Below, piece after piece: positions 1 through 13,465 of a stretch of DNA of 64,000 bases. Location of the stretch: positions 114,702,001-114,766,000 of the forward strand of contig NC_045697.1 of NCBI RefSeq assembly GCF_009834535.1, in the 5' to 3' direction. The translations under genes were made by a program, and so were the position numbers. Source of the stretch: Camelus ferus (Eukaryota). The notes under the pieces were generated by a model, which worked only from the letters and a program-made list of their open reading frames with translations, had not been told where the DNA came from and ran no database searches. Position 1 is the stretch's first letter. The number at the start of each line of letters is the position of its first letter.

Positions 1-410
1 TATATGTCTTAGATTTCATGTACTACTCTATTCCTACATTGCAGCCTTATTGTATGTGAAATAAATATTTTTAGTCCTCCATTTTAATTCTTTTGTTTTT
101 TCTTTTAGTGTATATTTAGAGATATATTCTTAGTGGTTGCTTGGGATTATAATTACATCTTTACATAAACTTATATAGTTCAGACTAATACCAACTTAAT
201 TCCAATAATATGCAATTTTTCCCCCAAAATAGGTTCATTCCCTACCTCCCTTCTTTGTGTTACCTCTGTCATACAAGTAACATCTTTATACCTTATAAAT
301 CATCTACATAGCTTTATAGTTATTGCTTTATGCAGTTGTCTTTTAAGCCAGGTAGAAGAAAAGTTTAAAATCAAAACACATGTATATTGTGTTTTCTGTT
401 TACTTATGTA

Positions 411-940
411 CAGCATACGTTGTTTTATTGTACTGCACTTTACTGAACTTTGCAGATATCGTATTTTTTAAAAATTGAAGGTTTGTGGCAACTCTGCATT
501 GAAGAAGTTTATTGGCGCCATTTTTCTTCCAGCATTTGCTCGCTTCATGCCTCTGTATCACATTTTGGTAACTCTCAGGATATTTCAAACTTTTTCATTA
601 TTTATTATATTTGTTATGGTTATCTATAATTAGTGATCTTTGATGTTACTACTGCAAAATAATTATGACTCACTGAAGTCTAAGATGATGGTTAGCAGTT
701 TTTAGCAATAAGATTCTTTTTTACTTAAGATATGTACATTGTTTTTTTAGACATAATGCTGTTGTATTACATAAATACATATTTACATTATTGTATATGC
801 TATTGCATACACATAAGAGAGTATATTAAAGTGTAAACATAACTTTTATGTGCAAAAAATTCATGTGACTTGCTTTATTGTGATATTTGCTTTACTGAGA
901 TGGTCTGGAACAAACCCACAACATATCTGATATATGGCTG
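411..940 (+). mobile_element. Internally deleted Tigger1 DNA transposon (Tigger1a_Art-like, TcMar)
   Basis: Starts 'cagcatacgttgttttattg' and ends 'gatatatggctg', matching both Tigger1 termini, with TA on each side (409-410, 941-942). The left and right ends are fused near 655 with no transposase between them. Confidence 0.9.
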
Positions 941-1747
941 TAGTTATTTTTATCAATCTCTTTATTTTTATTTATTTTTATTTTTATTTTTGTTTTTATT
1001 TTTATTTTTGTTTTTATTTTTTGGATGGATTGAACTTATTTTCAGGTACCCTTTTATTTCAACCCAAAGGATTCCTTTCAGAATTTCTAATAGCGCAGGT
1101 GCCTTGGCAATAAATTCTTCATAATTTTTAAATTTATCTTAGTTTTATCTTCATTTTTGAAGGCTTGCTTGCTGAATATAGAATTATTTGTTGATGATCT
1201 TTTTCTATCAGGACTCTGAATATGTCACCTTACTACTTTCTGACTTAGGTGGTTCTTGTGAGAAGCCTACTGTTATGCTTTTTAGGGATCCTTTGTAAGT
1301 GAGTCTCTTATCTCACGCTGCTTTTAAGTCTCTCTTTGTTTTTTGCTCTTGACAGCTTGACTCTAAGATGTTTATGTGTAAATATCTTTGGATTCATACT
1401 ACTTGAAGTTATGAATTCTTTGGACATGCTTTTATTTTTTTATGGATCATGCTTTTTATTCAGCGTGGAATGTTTTTGACTACTGTTTAGTCAATTATAA
1501 TTTCTGCCTTTCTCTCTGCTCGCCTGTCAATCTCATTATCTGCACACTGGTACATGTTGTGGTGTCCGCCAGACATCTGAGCCTCTGTCCATTGTTTCTT
1601 CATTCTTTTTCTCTCTCTACTCCTAAGACTGGATAATATCTACTGATCTATTTTCAAGTATGGTTATTCTTTATTAAGCCAACCCAAGTCTCTTCTTGTG
1701 TTGGAGATTTGAACTCTTCTTGTGATTATTTTAAATTTCAGTTAATA

Positions 1748-2062
1748 TATGTCAGTCTATTTAGGCTACTATACCAAATTTATGACAGACTCTGTGGCTT
1801 AAACAACAAACATTTATTTCTCACAGTTCTGGAGGCTAGTAAGTCCAAGATCAAGGTGCTGACAGATTTTCTGTCTGGTTCATAGGTGGACAGCCATCTT
1901 CTCATGTGTGTAAGAAATGAAGGGGCTCTCTGGGACTCCTTTTATAAGGGCACTAATCTTGTTCATGAGTGCTCCACCCTCATGACATAATCATTCCTCA
2001 AAGACCCGACCTCCAAATACTATCACATTGTGGGAATAGGCTTCAATGAATTCTGTAGGGAC
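1748..2062 (-). mobile_element. MaLR solo LTR, MLT1A/A0-like
   Basis: Diagnostic 'ggcttaaacaacaaacatttatttctcacagttctggaggct..aagtccaagatcaaggtg' and 'cctccaaatactatcacattg'. Confidence 0.85.
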
Positions 2063-5000
2063 TTCTAGCAATGTACTTCTCAGCTCCAGAATTTCTTTTT
2101 ATTTTTTTGTCTGGAATTTTTTTCTCTTTATTGATATTACATATTTAGCAGGCTATCAACCTATACTTTTCTTTAATCCTTTAGACATGATTCTCATTTC
2201 TTCTTTGAACATATTTATAATTATTAACTAAAAATCTTTGTCTAGTGCATCCAACATGTGTTCTTCACTAGGGAGTTTCTACTGACTGCTTTGTTTAGTT
2301 TATAAAGAACATAATGAATTTTATCATCTATTGAAAAAACATTTTGTTGAAAACTGGATGTCTTAGATAATATAATTGGTAAGTGTGGATATCAGACTCT
2401 CCTGCTTCCTTATGTTTTGTTGGTGGTGCTGATTGTGTTGTTTTTGCTGTCTGCTTAGTGAGTTTCCTAACTGATTCCTCACAGTCTGTATTCCCTGACA
2501 TTTACGGCTACTGAAGTCTCTGCTCATGTAGCTTAGTAGTTAGGTTACAATTGGGCAGAGATTTCCTTAAATGCTTGGAATCAAAAAGTCTCCCAGACTT
2601 CGTCAATACACTGTTTTTTTTCTGATTTGAGATCATGTGTTCAATGCTTCTGTGGGCAGTTTGCAACTTTGTTTTGGTCTTTACTTTCTGCTTGCATAGA
2701 GCCTCACAGTCAGCCAGAAGTGAAGCATGTTTATTTGGGCTTTTCTGGGTGTGCACACAGCCCTGCACAAGCACATGATCTTTTAGATCCCTAAGAAAAA
2801 AAGACGGTCTTTTCAAAACATCTATGGACATCTCACTCCTCATATCTTCCTTATAATGTTTTACTTTCTTCTCGTTTGTCCAAATTGGTATCACTGCTTT
2901 AGTCTGCTGTGATGTTAAATAATTGTCACTAAGTTTTTCAACAGCTGCTTGTGAGAGAGCACTTTTTCTGTTGAGCAAGTTCAGAATCAGACAACCAGGC
3001 CTGGGGATGGGATTTTTGCAGGGTGCTTCCTTTAATGCCAAACAGTGGCGGTTCTCCAGGGACAGGGCTTCTGGATTGGCTGTATACAGAGTCCGCCTCT
3101 TCCACGGGCTGTGAGGCTGCTAGTTCCCACAGCTTTCATGGTTGTGAGGCTGTTGTTTGAAAGTCTCCTGTGAACTTGGGAAGAGGAGGATGGGAACAGG
3201 CCAAGTTCAAATGTCAAAAACTAGCTATTCTTATAAAGATCTAGCTGTCATTACTGAACAACCACTTCTTAGATTATTGCAAGCCTGTGGTTAAATGCCA
3301 AGTTCTGAGAAGTTGGTTTTCACACGTTTTTTGCCAGTTTGTCATGGCTTTTACGGACATGTAGATTTTTGGAGAGCCTTCCTCCACCATTCTCAAAGTC
3401 CTGCCTTCCTCCTGAATTTTTTATAAGTACATGTGCCCTGATTTATTTCTGTTTGTTCAAAAGTATGCAGTTAAATGTTTTAGAGAATTTTCTCTGTCAT
3501 AAAATTTAGACAAAATGTTTTCAATAAATTGAATGCTTTCACTTTAAGACTAATTCTTTGGATAGCCACTCAAGTCGCTTTTCATCAAAATGTACTTTTT
3601 ATGCAAGCGAAACAATACATTTATATTCAATATAAAAAAGTACCTCTTGCCTATGTATCTAGTCATCTATACATTTATTTTAAGCAGGTATTTATTGAGT
3701 AACCATAATATTCCAGACACTGGCAAAACCATAGTGAGTTAACTATGCAGTCGTTGCCCTAATACATTTTATATTCTATATTTTAAGTGGATCGTCAACG
3801 ACATTGGAAAATTCTTCCTCTGTTTAACTCTTTCATTTTTCATTTCATAGAAAAATCCAAATATGCCACCATTTTAACTTTTGATATTAAATAGGTTTAA
3901 AATGTAAAAGTTCTGCATATTCTTGGAAACATATTTAGTATAAGAAAGTAGATATATATAATTCTTATTGAGGCTGTCAATGTCAATGTCTCTTAAAGTT
4001 GAATAAGGTGTGGCTTATTTTAAAGAAAATAATTAAATTATTGTGAACTTCTCATCTTACAAATATTTTTTATTAAAATATTAAATGTAATAGTACTTTA
4101 TTTATAAACTCATGCTATGGTTATCTGTGCAGCTACAAAATCAAAGCATTTTTAAGAATTAAATACCAACATAGAAACAGTTAAATTTCAATTGATTCCT
4201 TGATTTAATGTTACAAATGATGAGCTGAAGCCAAATTCCTAATAGAAGTTTATCTATAATATTAATAACTACAGTACCAGTGATTTTTTTCAAGTTTTTC
4301 ATATTTGAATTTATGAGAGACATTTGATGCTTAAATTCTCATCTTTTAAAAAAAAATTGGACTGTTACAGAAGCTTCATTTGTACACCATGATCATCACG
4401 GAGGCTTCACTTGACATGAAAACATTTTTATGTCACATTTCCACTGATCATTTTTCATTTACCTTGTTAAGTTAAAATAGGACTAAGAAAACAGCTAACA
4501 GCACACCAAACACAGATTCTAAACTTATGTGTCAATTCTCAGTTGAATAACCAGTGATCCAGAATATTATAACAAATCTCAAAGAAAGAGAATCTCCTTC
4601 TCCAGGCTCTGTGACCATGAAGCTTTTAAAAAGAATGAGCTAGATTTTCACCCATGGACATGGAATGAGTCACAAGAAATATGACTAAGTGAAAACTTAT
4701 CATTGAATAATATTGTTTATTTAATATGTTATATAATATCATAAAATAGAATATGCTAAATAGTCTCTTTCTATATATATATAATATATAAATACACCCA
4801 CATACACATACACATATAAAATACCTACATGTGTAGATTCCAAACTATTAACTGTTTTTACTGTTTTATTGCTAGTAGATGGGACTGAGTCTAGGGATTG
4901 AAAAACAGCTTTAACTTATGTTTTTGTACACTTTTACATACTAAATTCATTATCTCTCCTAAGATTAACTATGTCACATACAGAAAAAATATATTTTAAC

Positions 5001-8000
5001 TCTATGATATTGGGAATTTTAGGACAGTTATTAAATATAATTTTTCTAAATATAAGTTATAAATAAAATGAACACACAAGTGGGTGATTAGGCACTAGAT
5101 GTTAGTGATGAGATTTTGTGTCAAATGAACCCAAAGGGGAAAAATACCAAATATCTGAACCTTAATATATGATGAAAAGCAACAGTTTGCTTTTTTTTCT
5201 TTGTTTTGAAAGGTAAGCTATAGAGACAATTGAAACTCACTTTAGAACTTCAGTCCACTACTATGGAAACTCCATCATGTGTGGTTCAGAAATATGAGTA
5301 TTTGATGAAGTTCAGGTAAGATAAAACCATTCCGTACAAATAGATGTGTGAAGAACCCTCAACTTCTAACACCAAGATAAATCTTTCCATATCTTACATG
5401 ACAGAAAGAACCACTGTTTTACAGTTAGCAGGTGAATTCATCCCTCTAATATTTTCTTCTTAAACTAGTGATTCATTCTACTACCAGTTACGTCCTATTG
5501 TCACAGAGAGAAGTCATAACCTAAACTAAAAACTTTTTTCATGAGGTAAATCCCAGCATGGAAATCTTAGTATAATACAACATAAATATGGATAACTGTC
5601 CCCTTATGCCTTTTCTCTGAGCAAAATTCATCCATGAGTGTTTTTTTCTTGAGAAGTTGGTTTTCAGTTTATCTCAAAATAGTCATGTATAATATTACAT
5701 ATTAATATGAATTTTAAAAATATACATATGCATACAGTAAGTTATATTACTTGTATATTATTTGTACTTAAAAGTTGATATTTAAACCCAATCATCCTCA
5801 TAAGTACAACTTTTAAAAAGGAGCTCACTATTTCCTTTAGTCCTCTAACTACACAAGAAAAATCTTAAATTCTTCTAATGGTATCAATTCTTAATATCAA
5901 AGAGAAAGATGGATAACCCTGGAAGGAAAAATATAACCCATTAGAATTCTCTATTCCTAGTAGAATTTTCATATCCAGTTCTTTAAAAAGGGAACAATTT
6001 GAATATCCAGAGCCTACAGCTGCACCATTTTTTTTGTCTTCTCTTAATCTAGTTCAGCATTCTCCAGATTCTATGTGCACAAGACTCACAGTACAATGTT
6101 ATGTTAAACAAATGAAGAGTAAATATTTACATGATTTAAAGTATCACCCGTGATAAGTTAGATGAAATATTCAACTTTAGTTTGATATTATATTCTAGTT
6201 TTTTACCCAGTGCTTTATTATGAAAATTTTATAAATAGGAAGAAAAATGGGGAATATTAATACTAATTATGTAGTTTTGTCTCCATTGAATTAAAATATT
6301 TTTTGATATATTGGCTCCTTATCACTGTATAAATACAGTAGATATTTTATTAGTAGACCACTTAAAATTAAGTTGAGACATCACAATATTTCACCACAAA
6401 TTCTTCAACATGTATTTCTTAAGATTAAGTACATTCTCCTCCTAAACATCTACCATTTACATAAGCTTCCCAGTCTAAGACGGTATCACCATGAACTGAC
6501 TGCTTTCAAACCGTATTGAGACAGTGTTCTCAGAATGTTTTAGTCCAGAAGCAGATGCCATGAAAACAGACTGCATAAGTCAAGATTGGGAAAACAAGAA
6601 TTAATTACCTATGACTAAATGGACCAAAGAAAACTTGCAAAGTTTGTATTAATAGTGTATGCAAACAACCCGTTTATATTTTCTTGATCTATAACCCACA
6701 ACTTATTGGATTATTATGATACAAACAAATAAAACATTTTATTTACATGATACCTCTTTCCAACTAACCCTTAGAATTAAACAAAAAAATTATCTTACTA
6801 AAAAGATTATTGATGTTTATAAGCGAATGAATTTTCAGGAAAAAAATAATTAATACAATTCATAAAAGAATGATGAATATTAATTGACTAATTTGCAAAA
6901 TAGCTCAAATTGATAGCAAAATATTTAAATATTTTCCAAATTGCCTACATTATGTTCTTTTCCTTTGGATGACCATGTAATTATTTGCTTAGGATTAAGA
7001 AGATATCACTTTCCCAAAAGGACAAAATTGGATTTATTAAATGTACAACTAAACTATGTCAGAAATCTCATTAACTAGGTATGATAAATACAATATAGGA
7101 TCTTCCTACTCATTTGAAAATAACACCTACAAAAACTTTTCAGGAAACTGGCCCATTATCTGCTCTATAATTAATGGAGTCACAGCTTCAGTTAGTAAAG
7201 ATTATCATTTTCTGGCAGGACAGAAATATTGACAACCTGAGATCTCAGAAAGAGAAAGGGAAGACCTTAGTAGGTACTGCAGGTAAACCATAGACCAGTT
7301 GGACTCAATAAGAAACCAGGTGGTTTCTTATCTTTTGAGTATAATCTCCTGGAAAAAATATATAAACCCAAGGGTAATGTTTGAGCATTGAAATTTCATG
7401 ACACAAATACCTGTAAGTACATTGCTATGAATGGTTATCATTTTTATTCAAACGGAATTCGACTAGATTAGCGGAGAGCAATGTAGAATTCTGGTTATCA
7501 CATTTTAGATCCTATCCCTTCTGCCCTATATAAGAATAGTATTTTCATTAGCCATTATCTCCCTTATTTATCAATAAGAGGAAGGAGAGTTGTGAGAATT
7601 TGCACATGGGCATGATTTTATATGAAATTCTTTGAAGTCAGACAAGACAGAATCAACGTAACCGAGATTCAAATAGTTTACGTTAGGCGTGGCGCTGAGT
7701 AGTAACTCGGTTCTCTGAGGATTCTGTAATCTCAAATCAAATTTGCAGCTTTCCTTCATTGTTACAGACATAAAAATCTTGCTGAGTGATGAACATCATG
7801 CTGTTTTGGTTTTTGCACCTGCTTTGAAAGGACAGTAAAGGCTCAAATAAAATTACTGTAGGCACTTGAAGTTTCTCACCTGTGAAAGACAGAACGTTGC
7901 AGGAGGGAAGAGTCCTTGGAGACCACTATAAAAGATTCATTTGCAAATAAGCTGAAGTGCCTAAGAGAGAACTTTGAAAGTACAGGAAAATTTTGGATAC

Positions 8001-11000
8001 TAGAATTTTTCGTATTACCCTATAATCTGCGAACACATATGATTTTTTTTTTTTTTTTGCCTTAGGTATTTCTTTGGGAAATCACAACACATTCGGTGAA
8101 ACAATGGACATCTTTAAACATTTTTATATCTCAATAAAAGCTGTAGGTCAGTGAATAATGAAGATTAAAGAAGGAATTAGAAACTGTTAAGTCAGAAGTC
8201 CATTTTATGAGGTCATTCATGCAAGTGTTTAGTAGAACTCTGAGCATCCTTACAGTTTATCTTCTCTTTCTCCTAATATCAAACATCTTATTTTTGTTGC
8301 ATGCAGTGTATTTCATTGTTGCCTTCATCATCACATATTGCTTATTTCTCCATCATTTCAATCTTAGCTTTACGCTGTTTTCCAGACTAGTTTCTCTGAC
8401 TCCCATGCTGACACTAAATTCTCATTTATATGCTTTTAAGCACTCTTTATTTATTTATAGGACTCGCATTCCCTAAAATCAGTTTCTCTCATCACAGAGC
8501 ATGGGGGGGGGGGGAGAGGAGTGGGAAATGGGTTTGGTGAGGCAGAAAGGAAATAAACAGCCCAGGCAGATAAAATATATTTGACTAAGTTACTAAAATA
8601 ATCCCATAAAATGGACTATACTGTAGGTACCTTGATTAGAATAAGGCTATTCAAAATCCATTTTAGTCGACAATTTACAGATTACTATTTAGTTTTAGTA
8701 ACTTTACTGGAGAGATTTACTAATCTCATTTACTCTATGTCAATGTTTCCAAATTGCATTATTAGAAGGCAAGCTTTATCTTAAATTTATGGGTTCTCTT
8801 ATGACATCTCCTGTGTACTGATTAAAATTTCCACAGCTTTAGTTTTGGAAACATTAATACACACACACTCTACATAAACCTCCTGAGTCTGTGTATGTTT
8901 CATCCTAATGTTTTGACTGGACAAATGCTCCTTTACTGGGCTTTATTGGTTTTCTTTTTGTGTGAGAACTATTAATTTAATCTGTCAGTCGTCAACTGTG
9001 CACCTGTTAATATACTGTCCTCATTATAGTGCCTGCCTTTCAAACATTTCAAGCATAGCTGAGTTTTGCTTTTCTTCATAAAGCTTTGCACTTAGCATCT
9101 ACATTTGGCTCTGCTGTGGTGTTGTTTCTTCAGCAAACGAGAAGCAATTGTGAGTGTAAAGGTGGTATGTTCACCTCCACTATTGCAAACAAAGAGTCAA
9201 AGTCAAGTTTGCTTTCAGTAGGACGTGAAGAAAGCATTGCCTTGCACTTTGCATTCTGAAAGGGCTACTTACCAATCTCACAAACGCTGTCATTGCTGAC
9301 GTGGTAGGTATCACATACATTGGATGTTATGTCTTATTCAGTGATAATTTTCGGAACGAGAATATATCTCTAAAATGTCTGAATGTGGTTAGAATGAGTC
9401 AACAAAACTTATATTTTCCCCAGTGAGCATTAAAACCCCTCATTTCTTAAACTGAATCAATTCTAAGTTACCTCTACTAATGGAAGTACAAAAATGTACA
9501 AGAATAAATAGTGTATGAATCATTGCATTTTGTTTGGAAATGGGACAAGTGGTGAACAGAAGTCATCCAGCAATCTAAAACAGCTTGAAGTCAAGGACAG
9601 TGGGTTAAACATTTTAGTTATGGTCATGGGAATAAAGTAAGTGGTTTACATAGTTTTTTGGTCCACCTAATGATTCTTTGCTTATAATTCAATCATAGTC
9701 TAAGACGTATATTTTTCCTAGTCCCTGCCACATACAAATCTGTGGTTTACTTTAAATGCATGTGATTTTCTAATTTAAGGAAACATATTTATTGATGAAA
9801 TTTATTTAGTGCTTATAATATTAACTTGATATATTATATGTATATTACTATTACTAACTAATAATAATAATGACAGAAGCAGTACAGAAAATTTATTTAG
9901 AAAGGTAGAGTACTAAGCATTTGTGATAATTATCCATTTCATTGTCACCAAAATATTCCGTAGGAGTGGAGCAATGCTGTTACAACGTCAGAAGGACACC
10001 TTAATAATATACCACAATACACAGTGCCTTGATACAGAGTTGTAACAAGCCATTTCACTTTTTAATTGAATAATTTCGTGATAAAATTTATTAAATGAGA
10101 GTCCAAGAACAGGAGAAATTTTCTTTAGTTCTCAGTGACGTTGATTTATGACACAAGATACATTTGTGAATGTGAATTAGCTTTATTACTCCCTGCCTTC
10201 AGGTATCTTCAGATCTAGGACTACGCATAGTTCATCCTTTCATCATGCTCCCTCACCAACAGACCGCTTCCTACAAAGATGGCATGTCTAAAGGATTTCA
10301 TATTCGTCCTTATTTTTCCATGAATCTTCCATGAAGCTCCTCCTTCATGCTAAACCTGTCTAGGAAAGCCCGCGTAATCCTGTAACCCTCACCGTAAATG
10401 TAATCCCATTTTTCTAAACAAGCGTCCAGCCTCCTTTAGATAATTTTCTGCCAACTGTCTCCAGATCTGAAGCCATAGGAATTCTCTTTAACCTGATGGA
10501 ACTCCCCTTCTTCTTGTCCTATGAAAGAAGGAATTTTGTAAATCATTCTCTTATATTCTTACGGTACTTGATGATTTATGAGATAAGGGGGCATTCCATG
10601 TATAGTCCACAACATAACTACTATAAATAATGTGTGTTTTGGGGTTATTATTTTGTGCTGAGTCAAGCATAAATAAATAAAACCTAGGTGAGTGTGTCGA
10701 TGCTAAATATAAAAATAAAGGACAAAATAAACATCTGTGCGCAGTGCAGAAAATACTGCTCATTATATTTTTTCTTATAGTCAAATAATCTTCAAGCATG
10801 TAAAGTAGGATATCTAATTAGAGAAATAGGAGGAAAGAGTAGAGAAAACTTCAGGGGTTGTACAACAGAGGTAGCCCAGAGATGATGCTTCCTGGGTCCA
10901 AGGTAGGTTTTTTTTTCCCTAACAATGTTATTTTTATTAATATACACAGTATAATTTTGGTTGTTGGGGAGCAAATAATTATCTAGATACTTTGGCACGT

Positions 11001-11421
11001 TGTTGGAGAGGTAAAATAGAGGCTATGAAGATGGAAATACATAGTCTTTTTGTCTTTGTGAGTCTGCGGTTACCAGGAGAGATGAACTTCTTGTGAAAAG
11101 TGTGCATTCCTTGCCATTAAAAAAGGATACATTGTGTCACGTGAATCTTATCCTGAGGACAAAGAGAATGTTTTATTGAAGACTGCGTTCTGAAAGATAA
11201 GAATTATTCGGGAAAAGAGTGAAAATACTCCAGAAAGAAGAAAGAACATGGATGATGATAAAACAAATACATGGTGCACGTGTGAAGAGTAAATTGGTGG
11301 AAGTACGGAAAACACAAAAGCCATTAGTTGAAGAGAAGTTTGAATGCTTAACGAGAAATGCTTGACCTTGACCTTGACCTTGACCAGGCAAGGTCATTAT
11401 CCTTTTTCCTCGGCCAATGCC

Positions 11422-11452
<31 letters not shown>

Positions 11453-13465
11453 TAAAATACAAAGATAGTTTTAATTAACAAGGTAAACAGGTTTTTCTTT
11501 TGGAGAATTTTAAGTTTCCCGTCTATTTCTTTTTCAAAACTTTTGAAATAAACTAAACCTGGAAATACTGTAAAAGTAGTTTTACCATTCTAGTCACAGA
11601 TGACTAATTTCCACACAGGTCCAATTTTAGGGATGCTAATTTGTTCTGTTTTCCATGGATCAATGAGAAAAATGTGCATGTTGACCCTCTGGCTGAGTCA
11701 CTGCCCTCTACTTGAAGATGTGTATAGAATAATGTTCAAGTTTTCACTCTGCCAATATCTTCATCAGGGATTTCAACTAGCAATTTGCAAATGTCTGACC
11801 ATGCTGTCTGTGCAAATGATATGTAATGGTGAATTTGCAATGAAGCTAATAAAACTCAGACTTTGGGCTTTTCACTTGTATGGGCTTCTTTTAAAGCCCC
11901 AGCAAGGTCTCTGGAGATTTGTTCCTACAATTATATATTTCTGTAAAATTTGCAAAAGCAACATTTTAGATGCAAAGGCTAAAGACTACTACCTCTTAAT
12001 GGTTTGTTTTGCCACCTTTTCTCTCATACGGGCTGAAATTGGACAAACATGCCCACTTTAGTGGGGAGGGGGTGTCTCACTGAGAAAACGTTGAATCGGG
12101 AAAGCTTTCGCTTTTGAAAGGTTCAGTAGGATATATTTCTGGGATTTTCAACACGTGGCTGGCCATGTCCCTTCTAGGAACTGCCCTCCACTGCGCTGCC
12201 TCACCCAGCATGGTGACATGCAGACGTAACCTACCATACCAGGCTCAAGGATTATGTGGGTAGTGCAGGAGGGAAAAAATGAAATATATGGATCTAGGAG
12301 TGATTTTGCAGAAAATTGCTGTGATCATGAGCTGTGTAAATTGCAAGTGTGCTATTCACTTCATTGATGCTTACAATGGATATTCTTTCCTGTTTGACCC
12401 TGTAATTCAGTTTTTACTATTGTAGGAAGTGCATCTGCTAGGTAGGTAGGTAAAGGGAGAGACAGGTAATTTGGAGGGTGAGAAATAGAAATCATCAAAA
12501 TGCATGAGTTTGTGTAGCACGGAGTACATTCAATACTTCAAACAGTGAATATGCCAGTGTGGAAAGTTGCATGTTATACGCATCTCAATGCATCAGATTG
12601 TATTTTAACGCACTTCATGTTTAACTGACTAAAGCTGGCAAGTCCCAAAAGAAATGGCATGCAAAATTGCCTCTGGTGTAGCAAAATAGCCTGAAGAAAC
12701 AGATACTATAGTGAGAAACTACACTTATAAATAAATACATCAACGTGGGTCATCTTAGAGTAATGTGAATGTGCATTTTTGCAGCTTAATACGTGAAATG
12801 CTTGAAGTATTCTTGTGTATGTTCTGATTTCAGAATCATGTTACGTTTTCTTCACAATAATTTAGCCTGCAAAACTTAAAAATTAACTGAAAGGAAGAGT
12901 CCTAATTGAAGGCAAAACATTTAAAAGACAGCCTGGCCGAAGCTTCAAAATAACAAATCTTTGTTGATTTTGTTTGGGTGTTTTAACAGGCAGTTAACTT
13001 GATTTGATTCAAACAGCAAACTGTCTGTAAAGAAATCCAAACCAGGTCTCCAGTCCTCAGCTGCTCAGTGTCTGCCCCGTATCCATGTGCCTCAAGGGTA
13101 ATCCAGATATTTAAGCCGCTGATACACAGGTGGGGAGCTCTCCCTGGGCTCTGACCTTCCCAGGATTGCTCCCTCATCGTTCAGCCCTGTAGTTGTGCTC
13201 TTCTTCATGCCAGAAAGACTTCACAGATTTTTCTCATGAAAATTGAGCCACCCATCAGTGCTGCCAGCAGCCTGCCTCAGGCTGAAAGTCAGAGAAACTG
13301 GAAACTCACTCAGAGACACTCCCTTCGTCCAGCTGCCAACCATAGCCTGCCTGCTTTTCTTCACTCTCCAGCATCTTCAGGTAGTTGTTTTTAGCACTTA
13401 ATTGAGTGTCAATTTGTTCTCTGCAAATGTTGCTCCTGGGGGACCTACTAGGTTAGCTGCTAAGT

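Larger units (their letters stand above)
1..3410 (-). mobile_element. Ancient L1 (L1M4/L1MC-like) 5' portion, interrupted by Tigger1-derived and MLT1A-like insertions
   Basis: T-rich antisense L1-like text continues on both sides of the nested insertions (e.g. 'cagactaataccaacttaatt', 'cattttgttgaaaactggatg'). The GC-richer 2400-3400 part resembles an old L1 5' region. Boundaries are approximate. Confidence 0.7.

Noticed and set aside
2508..3041. Longest ORF in the track (177 aa, minus strand)
   Set aside because: It lies within the decayed L1 5' region and shows no recognisable domain or splice context.
8503..8535. G12 run and neighbouring G-triplets (possible G-quadruplex)
   Set aside because: An isolated homopolymer with no supporting context. 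Its length is also prone to sequencing error.
11422..11448. Poly(A) run suggesting a processed pseudogene
   Set aside because: No upstream AATAAA at the right distance, no TSD and no mRNA-like body.
11600..12061. 153-aa + strand ORF in unique sequence
   Set aside because: The Leu/Phe/Cys/Met-rich composition is what random AT-rich DNA gives, and there is no family resemblance or exon boundary.
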